Shown here: one piece after another, positions 8,668 to 17,060 of the stretch
Layout of the letters: every line of letters begins with the position of its first letter
Position numbering within the stretch: position 1 is the stretch's first letter
DNA from: Candidatus Saccharimonadota bacterium
GTDB taxonomy: Bacteria > Patescibacteriota > Gracilibacteria > UBA4473
DNA: 32,000 nucleotides
Direction of reading: 5' to 3'
Assembly (NCBI GenBank): GCA_965228485.1
Contig: OZ245819.1
Coordinates: 1,140,001-1,172,000, forward strand
The notes under the pieces: model-generated
Databases searched by the model: none
What the model saw: the letters and a program-made list of their open reading frames with translations, nothing else
What the model was told of the DNA's origin: nothing
Made by a program: the position numbers and the translations under genes

Positions 8668-10938
8668 ATGATTAATATTCAGTCTGTATATAGATTTTTG
8701 GGAGTTTTTCTGGGCATTTATCTTGGGTTGTTTTCTTTTGTGGAGGCGGCTTTTTTAAATGTTCAGGATGCCACCGCAGGAAGCAGTGTTGAGATACGAA
8801 TGTCGAATTTGCTTTCAGATGAGGTAGTGGGCTTTAATCTTTCAAAGCCTGATGGAAAGGTCGTTCGTTTTGAAGGTGTAGCTGATGATTTGGGAGTACT
8901 TAACACTGAAGTTTTCGGATTGCATTTGCGAAAGGCCGGAGACTATCGACTAGAAGCGGTTCGTCAGTATCAATTAGAACAGCCAATATATACTTCTTTT
9001 ACTATCAGTCCAGGTCCCGTTTCGGCTTACAGAACAAAAGTTGAATCAGCGGTTTCTTCTCTGCCAGCCAATGGAGAAACAGAATCGCCTTTTAAGGTCT
9101 TTGTTGAGGATGCTTATGGTAATCCTATTCCTGATCAAAAAGTTCAAGTTTTGTCTTCTCGAAATGATGATATTGTTATCTCCCATGGACTTTCTGATAG
9201 AGACGGAATTGTCCGTGGTAAGGTGGTTTCTAAAACCCCAGGGGTAACTATCCTTTCGGCTCTGGTGGGGGATACCGTTATTTTTGATAAGTCAGAAATT
9301 ATTTTTCATTTGCCTCAAAATGATCTTGGAAATGTAGGATCTTCAGGGAATCTTGGGCGATTTTTGAAAGCTCAGCTTTTTGAAGAAGGATTTGAAGAAG
9401 TAGCGTATTTTGCGATTGAAGAACTACCAGCAGAGGTTATTACTGAGCGTAATTATACCTTTAAGGTTGTAGCAAAAGATCAGAATGGAAGTGTGGTTAA
9501 AAACTATACGGGAACCGTGAGATTTTCTTCGAGTGATAATGAAGCCCAGCTTCCGGCTGATTATGAATTTACTGAAGAAGATCAGGGAGAGCATACTTTT
9601 GCTTTAGCGGTTACTTTCGGTTCTCCTGGACAGCATGAGTTAGTGGTGAATGATAAAAATAATTTTAACATCAAAGGACAGCAAGTAGTTCAGGTTTATG
9701 ATGAAGATCGAACGGGAGAGAATCCTGATGATCAGGCTTTAACGATTATTACTCCGCTAGAAGGAACCTATAGTGCTTCTCGAATGACTATTACTGGTAA
9801 AGGTCCAGCAGGAGCTAATATTAAACTGCTCGATGGACCGACAACATTGATTGAAGATTTAGTGATTGATAGTAATGCGGATTTTGTTTATCAAACTCCA
9901 AACTTGGCTGATGGTCGACATAAGTTTATTGCCGCTTTTATGGATGATTCAGTGGTTTCAAATGAAGTTTCAATTTTGATAGATCAAACACCTCCGCGGG
10001 TTTTGGCTGTAGAGGTTGATCCACCAGACGGAGTTGATCCGAGTAGTGTTTTTCAGGTGAGAGTTTCTTCTAATGAGCCATTGGCGAGTGCTACGTGTGT
10101 ATTTAACGAAATTTCACAAAGTTTAAAACAAGCTGGAACAGCTTTTTCTGGAAACTATCAAGCGCCTAATGCTTGTGGGGAATACCCAATTTCTTGTACC
10201 GTTGCTGACCTTATGGGCAATGAATTACAAGAGCCAAATGCTACAACCGTGAAAGTTTGTGGCGGAGGTGGCGGAGGAGACGGAAAAGATACCGATGGAG
10301 ATCAAATTCCTGATAGTGTTGAAGGATATGAGTTGGATGATGATGGAGATTGTGTTTTGAATTGGTTGGAGTCAAAAACCGCTGACAGTGATGGAGACGG
10401 GATCAATGATCAAGAAGATGCGGATAATGATAGTGATGGTGGAGGGATTGATAATACTCAGGAGTGTAAAACGGACGAAACCGATCCGCTCAATCCAGAA
10501 GATGATAAAACTGGAGATGGGAATAATAATTCAAACATTCACCCAACGGCGGTGTTGAATCTATCGGCTTCTCCAGGAGATAAACGAGTAACCCTTTACT
10601 GGTCTCCAGCTAAGGATGATCAAGAAGTGTCTAAATATAAAGTTTTATTTAGTACAGATCCAAATAATCTGACACAGCAAAATATTACTCCAGACCCTCG
10701 AACTCAGTGGTATGTAGATGGGCTTGAAGAAGGAACAAAATACTTCTTTAAAGTCTTGGCTATCGATGTAAATGGAAATGAAGGAGTACCGAGTAATATG
10801 GTCGAAGCCACTACTAATGGAGATGTTTATCATTCGGCCGCAGTTCCTCGATCTGGAGCTGAGCAGTGGTTGCCATTTATTTTGGCCTTTATTGGAGGAT
10901 TTTTATTCCTGCTTCTCAGTCGGGCTAAAAGAAGCTAA
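8668..10938 (+). CDS. cell-surface adhesin-like protein: signal peptide, Big_1 (invasin/intimin-type Ig) domain, Ca-binding TSP3-like Asp repeats, FN3 domain, C-terminal anchor
   Basis: The ORF is open from 8578 (TTG), but the ATG at 8668 gives a clean signal peptide, MINIQSVYRFLGVFLGIYLGLFSFVEA/AF. Big_1-like SSLPANGETESPFKVFVEDAYGNPIPDQKVQV...GVTILSA. DTDGDQIPD and DSDGDGINDQEDADNDSDGG repeats. FN3-like RVTLYWSPA...KYKV...GTKYFFKVLAIDVNGNEG. C-terminal VPRSG + WLPFILAFIGGFLFLLL + SRAKRS. Confidence 0.8.
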   Translation: MINIQSVYRFLGVFLGIYLGLFSFVEAAFLNVQDATAGSSVEIRMSNLLSDEVVGFNLSKPDGKVVRFEGVADDLGVLNTEVFGLHLRKAGDYRLEAVRQYQLEQPIYTSFTISPGPVSAYRTKVESAVSSLPANGETESPFKVFVEDAYGNPIPDQKVQVLSSRNDDIVISHGLSDRDGIVRGKVVSKTPGVTILSALVGDTVIFDKSEIIFHLPQNDLGNVGSSGNLGRFLKAQLFEEGFEEVAYFAIEELPAEVITERNYTFKVVAKDQNGSVVKNYTGTVRFSSSDNEAQLPADYEFTEEDQGEHTFALAVTFGSPGQHELVVNDKNNFNIKGQQVVQVYDEDRTGENPDDQALTIITPLEGTYSASRMTITGKGPAGANIKLLDGPTTLIEDLVIDSNADFVYQTPNLADGRHKFIAAFMDDSVVSNEVSILIDQTPPRVLAVEVDPPDGVDPSSVFQVRVSSNEPLASATCVFNEISQSLKQAGTAFSGNYQAPNACGEYPISCTVADLMGNELQEPNATTVKVCGGGGGGDGKDTDGDQIPDSVEGYELDDDGDCVLNWLESKTADSDGDGINDQEDADNDSDGGGIDNTQECKTDETDPLNPEDDKTGDGNNNSNIHPTAVLNLSASPGDKRVTLYWSPAKDDQEVSKYKVLFSTDPNNLTQQNITPDPRTQWYVDGLEEGTKYFFKVLAIDVNGNEGVPSNMVEATTNGDVYHSAAVPRSGAEQWLPFILAFIGGFLFLLLSRAKRS

Positions 10939-10964
10939 AATCCCTTTAAAAAGTTCAGAAAATC

Positions 10965-10973
10965 TGCTACAAT
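10965..10973 (+). promoter_or_regulatory. extended -10 promoter element TGcTACAAT for the giant fibre-like gene
   Basis: TGCTACAATGGGGGG at 10965-10979, followed by an A-rich leader of roughly 30 nt with no SD before the ATG at 11009. Same core as at 8649. Confidence 0.4.
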
Positions 10974-11008
10974 GGGGGGATTAAAATAAAAATAAAACAA
11001 AAAAATCA

Positions 11009-14000
11009 ATGCGTTTACCCCGAAAAACAATAGCGGATTTGCGTCGTGCTGTAGCTGCTGTAGCAGTTTTTTCTATTTTTATACAGACCGCTCAGGCGGT
11101 GATAGTCAATCCAGATGATATTCCTCAGAAAGAGACGGGGGATGCCATTAGTGCAGGAGAATTCAACACGATGATTGATACTCTTCGGGGAGTAAAGAAA
11201 GATGATAATGATACGGCAGGACTCGGAGATGATAAAATAGGATTGTTTTTACCCGATGGGGTGAATCCTACCCAACAACTGCATGTAAATGGGACGGTGA
11301 AGGCCACTTATTTCATGGGAGATGGTTCGAATTTAACGAATCTTCCAGATGTTCACTGGGTGAAAAGTGGTAATGATGTGAATTACCCTACCGGTCGAGT
11401 CGGAGTAGGAATTGCCAGTCCAAACACGAAACTAGAAGTAAAAGATGGGGCTATCCGAGCAACCGCTAATAATTCGAACAACAACTACGTAGAAATGGCT
11501 CATAGTGGTTCAAATGCCTACTTAAACTTTGCTGGGACAGGGAACCTGGATTTTAGACGAAGTGGAGCGACCGAAATGACGCTAACGTCAGCAGGACGAC
11601 TTGGGATTGGAACTTCTAATCCGCAAGCAGTATTGCATGTAAATGGAGATTTAATTGCCGATAATATTATCCCCAGTGGAGGAGGTGGTCCAATTGCTGG
11701 GACTCAGTGGAATGATGTAACTGGAGGAATAGATTATTCCGCTGGGAATGTTGGAATTGGAGCTACAACTCCTTTGTCTAAATTACAGGTTAAAAATACT
11801 ACAGCTTATACTTTGGGAGAAGCAGATTTTCCTACTGATAGTATCGGGTTATATGGATCAGTTTCAGGTGTCAATGGAAGTTATTTTGGAGGTATTACCT
11901 GGCATAATGATGGTCGTCGTCGAGGGGGGATTGCTAGTGTTATGGAAAATGCAGATGCTGATCATGTGGGCTTAGCTTTTTTTACTCAGGGAGCAGATGG
12001 ACCAGGTCCAATGGCTGAATCAATGAGAATTTCTCACGATGGAAATGTTGGTATTAATACCACGACGCCTTCAGAAAGACTTCAGGTTGTAGGACAAGCA
12101 GAAATTCCAGAAGTGATTTTTGCTCAACATGCTAATGGAACGACGGATAAGAGCTCTATTGTAGGGGCTCCTGGGATAGTGCAGATTCACTCTGATGGCG
12201 CGATTGATTTTTACGAATCAGATGCAGGGGCTCAGAAATTTAGATTTAATGTAAATAATGGTCGATTAGGAGTGGGAACAAATAACCCTCAGAATGAAAT
12301 TCATGTTGTGGGGACGATTCGAGCTGACAACTTTGTAGATGATTTGGGTGATCCAATTGGGGATGGACTTTGGACTGAAAACGGGACTAATATTTATTAT
12401 CAAGCTGGACGAGTTGGGATTGGGTCTTCCAATGCCCCATCACACTCTCTAGACATCTTTAATGGTGGGGCAAGAGTTTCGAGTGATCTATACCAACAGG
12501 GTTCTAGTGGGAATGGGTTTATTATGCATTCTAGAGCTAGTTCAAGTTATGATTTTTGGCAATTATCGCCTATTAATGCTGGAACTAATGATTGGGCCAA
12601 AGGGATTACTCTTGTAAGAGCAGAGGGTAATGTTGGGATTAGTAATACTACTCCAGGACATCGATTAGATGTAGATGGAAATATTCGAAGTAGAATTGGT
12701 CGAATTATTTATTTTGGTACAGCGGATCAACGAATCTCTGGAGATAATGATTCAGCTTTTTATCAAAATAGTAACAACTCAACGGTTATTCAGACGATTT
12801 ATCGAGATAAAGAAAATACTGTTTATGGACGAGTTTATGGTTCTGGAAATGGTACAAACTTTGGTCTTCTGGATGGAGATGGAAACTGGGCTATCCAGAG
12901 TGTAAAAGATAATAATATTAATTTCCGAGTGAACAACACGGAAAGAATGAGAATTCAAAATAATGGGCGAGTAGGGATTGGAACAAACTCTCCAAATTCT
13001 AAATTAGAAGTGGTTGGAACGATTCGAGGAGGAGATGCCTCAGCGACTAGTGGTAGTTTAGGGTTTGGTATTAGATATACGGCTAATGATGTTCCGAATA
13101 CTTTTGGAGCGCATTACTCAACCGGAGCTACAGTACTCGGGTATGGAATAAGACCGAAAAGTGGTTCCTCAGGATATGTTTCTTCCGCAGGGAATGTTGC
13201 TTGGCCAAGAGGAGCTCTTACTATGACAGATGCTTTGGTATTTAGTAGTGCGGGGTCGTCTAGTGTAGCAGTAGGAAATGATGTAGCTTTAGCAGAACGG
13301 TTTAGAGTTCATACGAATGGTAATATAGGGATTGATCGAGCCGCTCCTTCTCATAAATTAGATGTAGATGGGAATATTCGAACTCGAGTTGGACGTTCTC
13401 TTTATTTTGGGACGACCAATAATCAGAGTATTTATGGGGATAATAGTTCTGCTTATTACATGGATAGTAATCATGATTCGGTGGTTCAACAAATTTTCCG
13501 AGATCGACAAAATACTACTTATGGACGAATTTATGGAGACGGAAATGGTGCAAACTTTGGTTTGATTGATGGAGATGGAGAGTGGGGAATTCGAATGGCG
13601 AAAGATACCGATATTCAGTTTCGAATAAACAATGATGAGAAAATGAGAATCACCTCTAGTGGAAGTGTAGGAATTGGAGATGATACTCCTGATGGAGGAA
13701 TGATGTTGGACGTAGAAGGGAAAATTGGAGCAATCGAATACTGTGATCAAAATGGTAATAATTGTTCGAGTTTTGGACGTTCAGGATTTACGGCGAGTGG
13801 AAGTAGTTCAACGGCGGATGATTGGTCTCGATTAGTGACGATTGACATGCCAGGAAGTAATTATCAGGATGGGACGATTATGTTAGCCATTGTTGGAGAA
13901 GAAATTAATGAGCCAGGAACGGCTATCGTAAGTATTGCTGTTCGACAGAGGACCAATCCAAGTATGACTATGTCAGCTGAAATTATGGAGATTCATAATG

Positions 14001-16312
14001 CTCCAATTGATATTGATGGGATAAAGTTAACTTCGAATGGTTTTGGAACGGATGTGCAGGTATGGATTAAAAGTAAGAAAAATTATCAAACCTTTGATGT
14101 ATATGAAATTGCTCGGAATACGGCCGAGTTAGGAGCGGTGACTTATGAACAGTCTTCTCCTTGGCAGGCTTCTGAGCCAAGTGGTTCGGCTTACAATGTT
14201 TATAGTCGGGGCTCTGTAGATAAATATACGCGTTATGTGAAATTTAGTGAAAATGATAATCAATTCATCTACGGAGATGGAGATTCAGCTTTTTATACTA
14301 ATAGTGCTCATAGTACCGTGGTTCAGAATATCTTTAGAGATAGAGAAAATACGGTTTATGGTCGAATTTACGGAGATGGGAATGGAGCGAATTTTGGCTT
14401 GCTAGATGGAGATGGAAATTGGGGAATTCTGATGGCAAAAGATAATCGATTTGAGTTTAGATTAAATGATGATGAGAAAATGAGAATTCTAAGTAGTAAT
14501 GGGAATGTCGGAATTAATAATACGACACCAGGTCATAAACTAGATGTAGACGGGAACATTCGAACCCGAGTTGGTCGTTCTGTGTATTTTGGAACGACAA
14601 ACAACCAAAATATCTACGGAGACAATAGTTCGGCTTTTTATACTCGGAGTAATCATAGTACCGTTGTGCAAAACATTTATCGAGATGCTCAGAATACAGT
14701 GTATGGACGAGTTTATGGTTCTGGAGATGGAGCAAATTTCGGTTTATTAGATGGAGATGGAGAATGGGCTGTTCAGAGTGTGAAGGATAACAATATTAAT
14801 TTCCGAGTGAATAACAGTGAAATTATGAGAGTTTCTAGTGGTGGAAATGTTGGGATTGGTACGACTTCTCCATCAGCCGCATTAGAAGTTTATGCAGATA
14901 GAGATATTACTGCTAATCCAGAAACAAAGGGTATTCGGTTAAGAGAAAGTGCAGGAGATTGGCTGTTTTCTTTAGGGGTTTCCGGAGTAACCAATACTGG
15001 GTTTAGTATTCGGGACAATGTTACAGATACCTATCCGCTTACCATTAGAGAGACTTCTAATAATGTGGGGATTAATAATACTGGACCAGGGCACAAACTT
15101 GATGTAGATGGGAATATTCGATCTCGAGTTGGTCGTTCTGTTTATTTCGGAACGACAAATAACCAAAACATCTATGGGGATAATAGTTCAGCTTACTACA
15201 TGGATAGTAATCATGATACGGTCATTCAACAGATATTCAGAGATCGACAAAATACTACTTATGGACGAATTTATGGAGATGGAAATGGTGCAAACTTTGG
15301 TTTGATTGATGGAGATGGAGATTGGGGAATCCAAATGCAAAAAGATAGTAATATTAATTTCCGAATTAATAATACCGAACGGATGCGTTTGAGTGGAAAT
15401 AGTGAGCTACATATCGGAAGTAATCACCTGAATGTGGCGAATTATAATTTCAATGGAACGCCAACTAATGGGATTAAGATTAGAACAAACCTTCCATATA
15501 CCAATGGTTCTCAAATGCCAACTGTGGTGATTGAGGGGTATAACTATGGTCAGGTAAAACCAATTGGTATTATACTCAACTGGTATATTTATGGAGGAAA
15601 TTTTTATAATTATCGAGCGTCTTCTTATGGAGGGTATGCGCCAACAATAAGACTAGCGAATGAAAGTGGTAAAGTCGTGATTTATATCGATGATCGTCAA
15701 TACTACAATCGATTTAATGTTCGAGTTTATGCTCAAGGAATGGGGGGAGTTGAGAGTGATGTGGCTAATTTTCAAAACTGGACGATTGTAGATCAAGCGT
15801 TAACAGGAGGAAATCAAGTCACGTTCTCATATGAAAACGAAATGGGGAACTTGAGACTTCGATCTGGGCGAGTATTGAGCTTTGGTACAGGAGACCAAAG
15901 GCTTTATGGAGATAATGGTTCAGCCCTTTATTATACATCTGAACACAGTTCAGTAACTCAACAAATCTTCCGAGATCAAGAAAATACGGTTTACGGACGA
16001 ATTTATGGAGACAGCAATGGGGCTAATTTTGGATTACTTGATGGAGATGGAAACTGGGGAATTCGAATGGAAAAAGATAATAATATTATGTTCCTCATTA
16101 ATAATAATGAACATATGCGACTTCGAAGTAATGGACGATTGGGGCTTGGGACGACAAATCCTTCTTCTCGACTAGAAGTGATTGGGGATATTGAGATTTC
16201 AGGAACGGTAAAGACTACTTCTGGAGAACTTAGATGTCCAGTTGATCGAGTAATGGTTGGTTTTGATACGAATGGAATCATTTGTGAGTTCCCACCACAG
16301 TTATACCAATAA
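11009..16312 (+). CDS. giant secreted tail-fibre-like repeat protein (1767 aa)
   Basis: Single uninterrupted ORF. Signal peptide ...AVAVFSIFIQTAQA/VIV. More than 15 copies of the tail-fibre-type motif G(N/R)VGIGTxxPxxKL(D/E/H)VxG. Six copies of a ~93-aa module. No C-terminal S74 chaperone domain; the protein ends ...CPVDRVMVGFDTNGIICEFPPQLYQ. Confidence 0.9.
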   Translation: MRLPRKTIADLRRAVAAVAVFSIFIQTAQAVIVNPDDIPQKETGDAISAGEFNTMIDTLRGVKKDDNDTAGLGDDKIGLFLPDGVNPTQQLHVNGTVKATYFMGDGSNLTNLPDVHWVKSGNDVNYPTGRVGVGIASPNTKLEVKDGAIRATANNSNNNYVEMAHSGSNAYLNFAGTGNLDFRRSGATEMTLTSAGRLGIGTSNPQAVLHVNGDLIADNIIPSGGGGPIAGTQWNDVTGGIDYSAGNVGIGATTPLSKLQVKNTTAYTLGEADFPTDSIGLYGSVSGVNGSYFGGITWHNDGRRRGGIASVMENADADHVGLAFFTQGADGPGPMAESMRISHDGNVGINTTTPSERLQVVGQAEIPEVIFAQHANGTTDKSSIVGAPGIVQIHSDGAIDFYESDAGAQKFRFNVNNGRLGVGTNNPQNEIHVVGTIRADNFVDDLGDPIGDGLWTENGTNIYYQAGRVGIGSSNAPSHSLDIFNGGARVSSDLYQQGSSGNGFIMHSRASSSYDFWQLSPINAGTNDWAKGITLVRAEGNVGISNTTPGHRLDVDGNIRSRIGRIIYFGTADQRISGDNDSAFYQNSNNSTVIQTIYRDKENTVYGRVYGSGNGTNFGLLDGDGNWAIQSVKDNNINFRVNNTERMRIQNNGRVGIGTNSPNSKLEVVGTIRGGDASATSGSLGFGIRYTANDVPNTFGAHYSTGATVLGYGIRPKSGSSGYVSSAGNVAWPRGALTMTDALVFSSAGSSSVAVGNDVALAERFRVHTNGNIGIDRAAPSHKLDVDGNIRTRVGRSLYFGTTNNQSIYGDNSSAYYMDSNHDSVVQQIFRDRQNTTYGRIYGDGNGANFGLIDGDGEWGIRMAKDTDIQFRINNDEKMRITSSGSVGIGDDTPDGGMMLDVEGKIGAIEYCDQNGNNCSSFGRSGFTASGSSSTADDWSRLVTIDMPGSNYQDGTIMLAIVGEEINEPGTAIVSIAVRQRTNPSMTMSAEIMEIHNAPIDIDGIKLTSNGFGTDVQVWIKSKKNYQTFDVYEIARNTAELGAVTYEQSSPWQASEPSGSAYNVYSRGSVDKYTRYVKFSENDNQFIYGDGDSAFYTNSAHSTVVQNIFRDRENTVYGRIYGDGNGANFGLLDGDGNWGILMAKDNRFEFRLNDDEKMRILSSNGNVGINNTTPGHKLDVDGNIRTRVGRSVYFGTTNNQNIYGDNSSAFYTRSNHSTVVQNIYRDAQNTVYGRVYGSGDGANFGLLDGDGEWAVQSVKDNNINFRVNNSEIMRVSSGGNVGIGTTSPSAALEVYADRDITANPETKGIRLRESAGDWLFSLGVSGVTNTGFSIRDNVTDTYPLTIRETSNNVGINNTGPGHKLDVDGNIRSRVGRSVYFGTTNNQNIYGDNSSAYYMDSNHDTVIQQIFRDRQNTTYGRIYGDGNGANFGLIDGDGDWGIQMQKDSNINFRINNTERMRLSGNSELHIGSNHLNVANYNFNGTPTNGIKIRTNLPYTNGSQMPTVVIEGYNYGQVKPIGIILNWYIYGGNFYNYRASSYGGYAPTIRLANESGKVVIYIDDRQYYNRFNVRVYAQGMGGVESDVANFQNWTIVDQALTGGNQVTFSYENEMGNLRLRSGRVLSFGTGDQRLYGDNGSALYYTSEHSSVTQQIFRDQENTVYGRIYGDSNGANFGLLDGDGNWGIRMEKDNNIMFLINNNEHMRLRSNGRLGLGTTNPSSRLEVIGDIEISGTVKTTSGELRCPVDRVMVGFDTNGIICEFPPQLYQ
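12710..16153 (+). repeat. six intragenic copies of a ~93-codon module inside the giant gene
   Basis: Modules lie at 12710-12985, 13403-13681, 14234-14521, 14585-14863, 15143-15421 and 15878-16153. Consensus: YFGTxxNQxIYGDNSSAFYxxSNHSTVxQxIxRDxxNTxYGRxYGxGxGANFGLxDGDGxWxxxxxKDxxIxFRxNNxExMRIxxxGxVGIGT. Modules 2 and 5 form one pair and modules 1 and 4 form another. Confidence 0.9.
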
Positions 16313-16318
16313 GGTAGT

Positions 16319-16386
16319 GTCATCTCGACAAAAAACAAGGAGAGATCTCTCCTTGGGAATTTTCAAAATACTTTCGTCGAGATGAC
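16319..16386 (+). terminator. nested stem-loop immediately after the giant gene (possible terminator or mRNA-stabilising structure)
   Basis: Outer 11-bp stem GTCATCTCGAC (16319-16329) / GTCGAGATGAC (16376-16386). It encloses a perfect 18-nt palindrome AAGGAGAGATCTCTCCTT (16337-16354), which is followed by GGGAATTTTC. The structure begins 7 nt after the TAA stop. Confidence 0.4.
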
Positions 16387-16453
16387 GGATAAATTGAAGG
16401 GCAAATTCTTTGTTTATCATCCTTGAGTAAAATGAAGGACATTACTTTTGAGA

Positions 16454-16643
16454 GACTCTGGACAAGCCAGAGATTTACAAAGGAATAAGACTAAAATTCT
16501 CGCTTGCTGAGAATCTAAATAGGCTGAATAGGAATTATCGGACTCTGGACAAGCCAGAGATTTACAAAGAAATAAGACCAAAATTCTCGCTTGCCGAGAA
16601 TCTGATCTTTCTACATTTAGTGATAAGGCTCTGGACAAGCTGG
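16454..16643. repeat. tandem 63-bp structured repeat (2 full copies plus a partial third) with non-homologous 24-nt spacers
   Basis: Copy 1 is 16454-16516 and copy 2 is 16541-16603, with 3 mismatches in 63. The partial copy GCTCTGGACAAGC lies at 16628-16640. Period is 86-87 bp. Each full copy holds two hairpins: CTCTGG-ACAAG-CCAGAG and ATTCTC(G)-CTTGC-(C/T)GAGAAT. Confidence 0.85.
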
Positions 16644-16670
16644 TAATTTAAATTATGATTTTTTTTGGAA

Positions 16671-16988
16671 ATGAGAACAAAATTCTTGATTATTTTTGCG
16701 GTTGTAATTGCTATTCTAGCTTCTAGCTTTGCGTTTCAGAATACGCAGGTAGCAGAGCTCAAGTTTTTGACCTGGAGTTTGGAAATGCCTGTTCTGCTTT
16801 TGATTTTCTTTTCTTTTGGAGCGGGTTTTGTACTAGCGCTCCTCATTGCGCTTCCAGGTAGTATGGCTCAGAAAATGAGAGAATTCCGACTTCGATTCAA
16901 AGTGAGATCATTAGAATCTAAGGTCACAAAAAAAGATAAAATCATTGAAGGGGTAAAGGCGGAAACACAGGATGTTCCTGTTGAGTAG
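16671..16988 (+). CDS. LapA-domain (DUF1049) small inner-membrane protein
   Basis: Two TM helices with the family-typical FAFQNTQ...L.FL.W....P block and a basic, coiled C-terminal tail. The ATG at 16671 is preferred over the TTG at 16665. Confidence 0.75.
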   Translation: MRTKFLIIFAVVIAILASSFAFQNTQVAELKFLTWSLEMPVLLLIFFSFGAGFVLALLIALPGSMAQKMREFRLRFKVRSLESKVTKKDKIIEGVKAETQDVPVE

Positions 16989-17060
16989 TCAATTTTTAAC
17001 AGGTAAATTTGACTGAAAACAAACTTTTTTAGTTTTTTTTTGTTATTTTTTACAAAAATT

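Noticed and set aside
12675-15305. Recurrent alternative-frame ORFs inside the giant gene (12675..12905, 13368..13565, 15108..15305 on plus; 13358..13750 and 14972..15166 on minus) with similar peptides
   Set aside because: Their similarity simply mirrors the nucleotide repeat of the six modules. They lie completely inside a 5.3-kb ORF with coherent protein motifs, and their sequences are low-complexity.
16417-16638. 73-aa minus-strand ORF with the internal repeat QARILVLFLCKSLACPES
   Set aside because: It starts at a TTG, lies wholly within the tandem DNA repeat (which by itself explains the peptide repeat), and has no promoter or homologous features. It is most likely a shadow of the repeat.
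16454-16643. CRISPR array (conserved repeats with unrelated spacers)
   Set aside because: The repeat core is 63 bp and the spacers 24 nt, outside normal CRISPR dimensions. There are only about 2.3 units, no cas genes in the window, and the repeats differ at 3 positions. It is kept as an unexplained structured repeat instead.
16313-16664. Diversity-generating retroelement template/variable repeat downstream of a fibre-like target gene
   Set aside because: No reverse transcriptase is present in 32 kb. The repeat copies are both non-coding, match nothing at the 3' end of either fibre gene, and their mismatches (G/A, T/C, T/C) are not adenine-specific.
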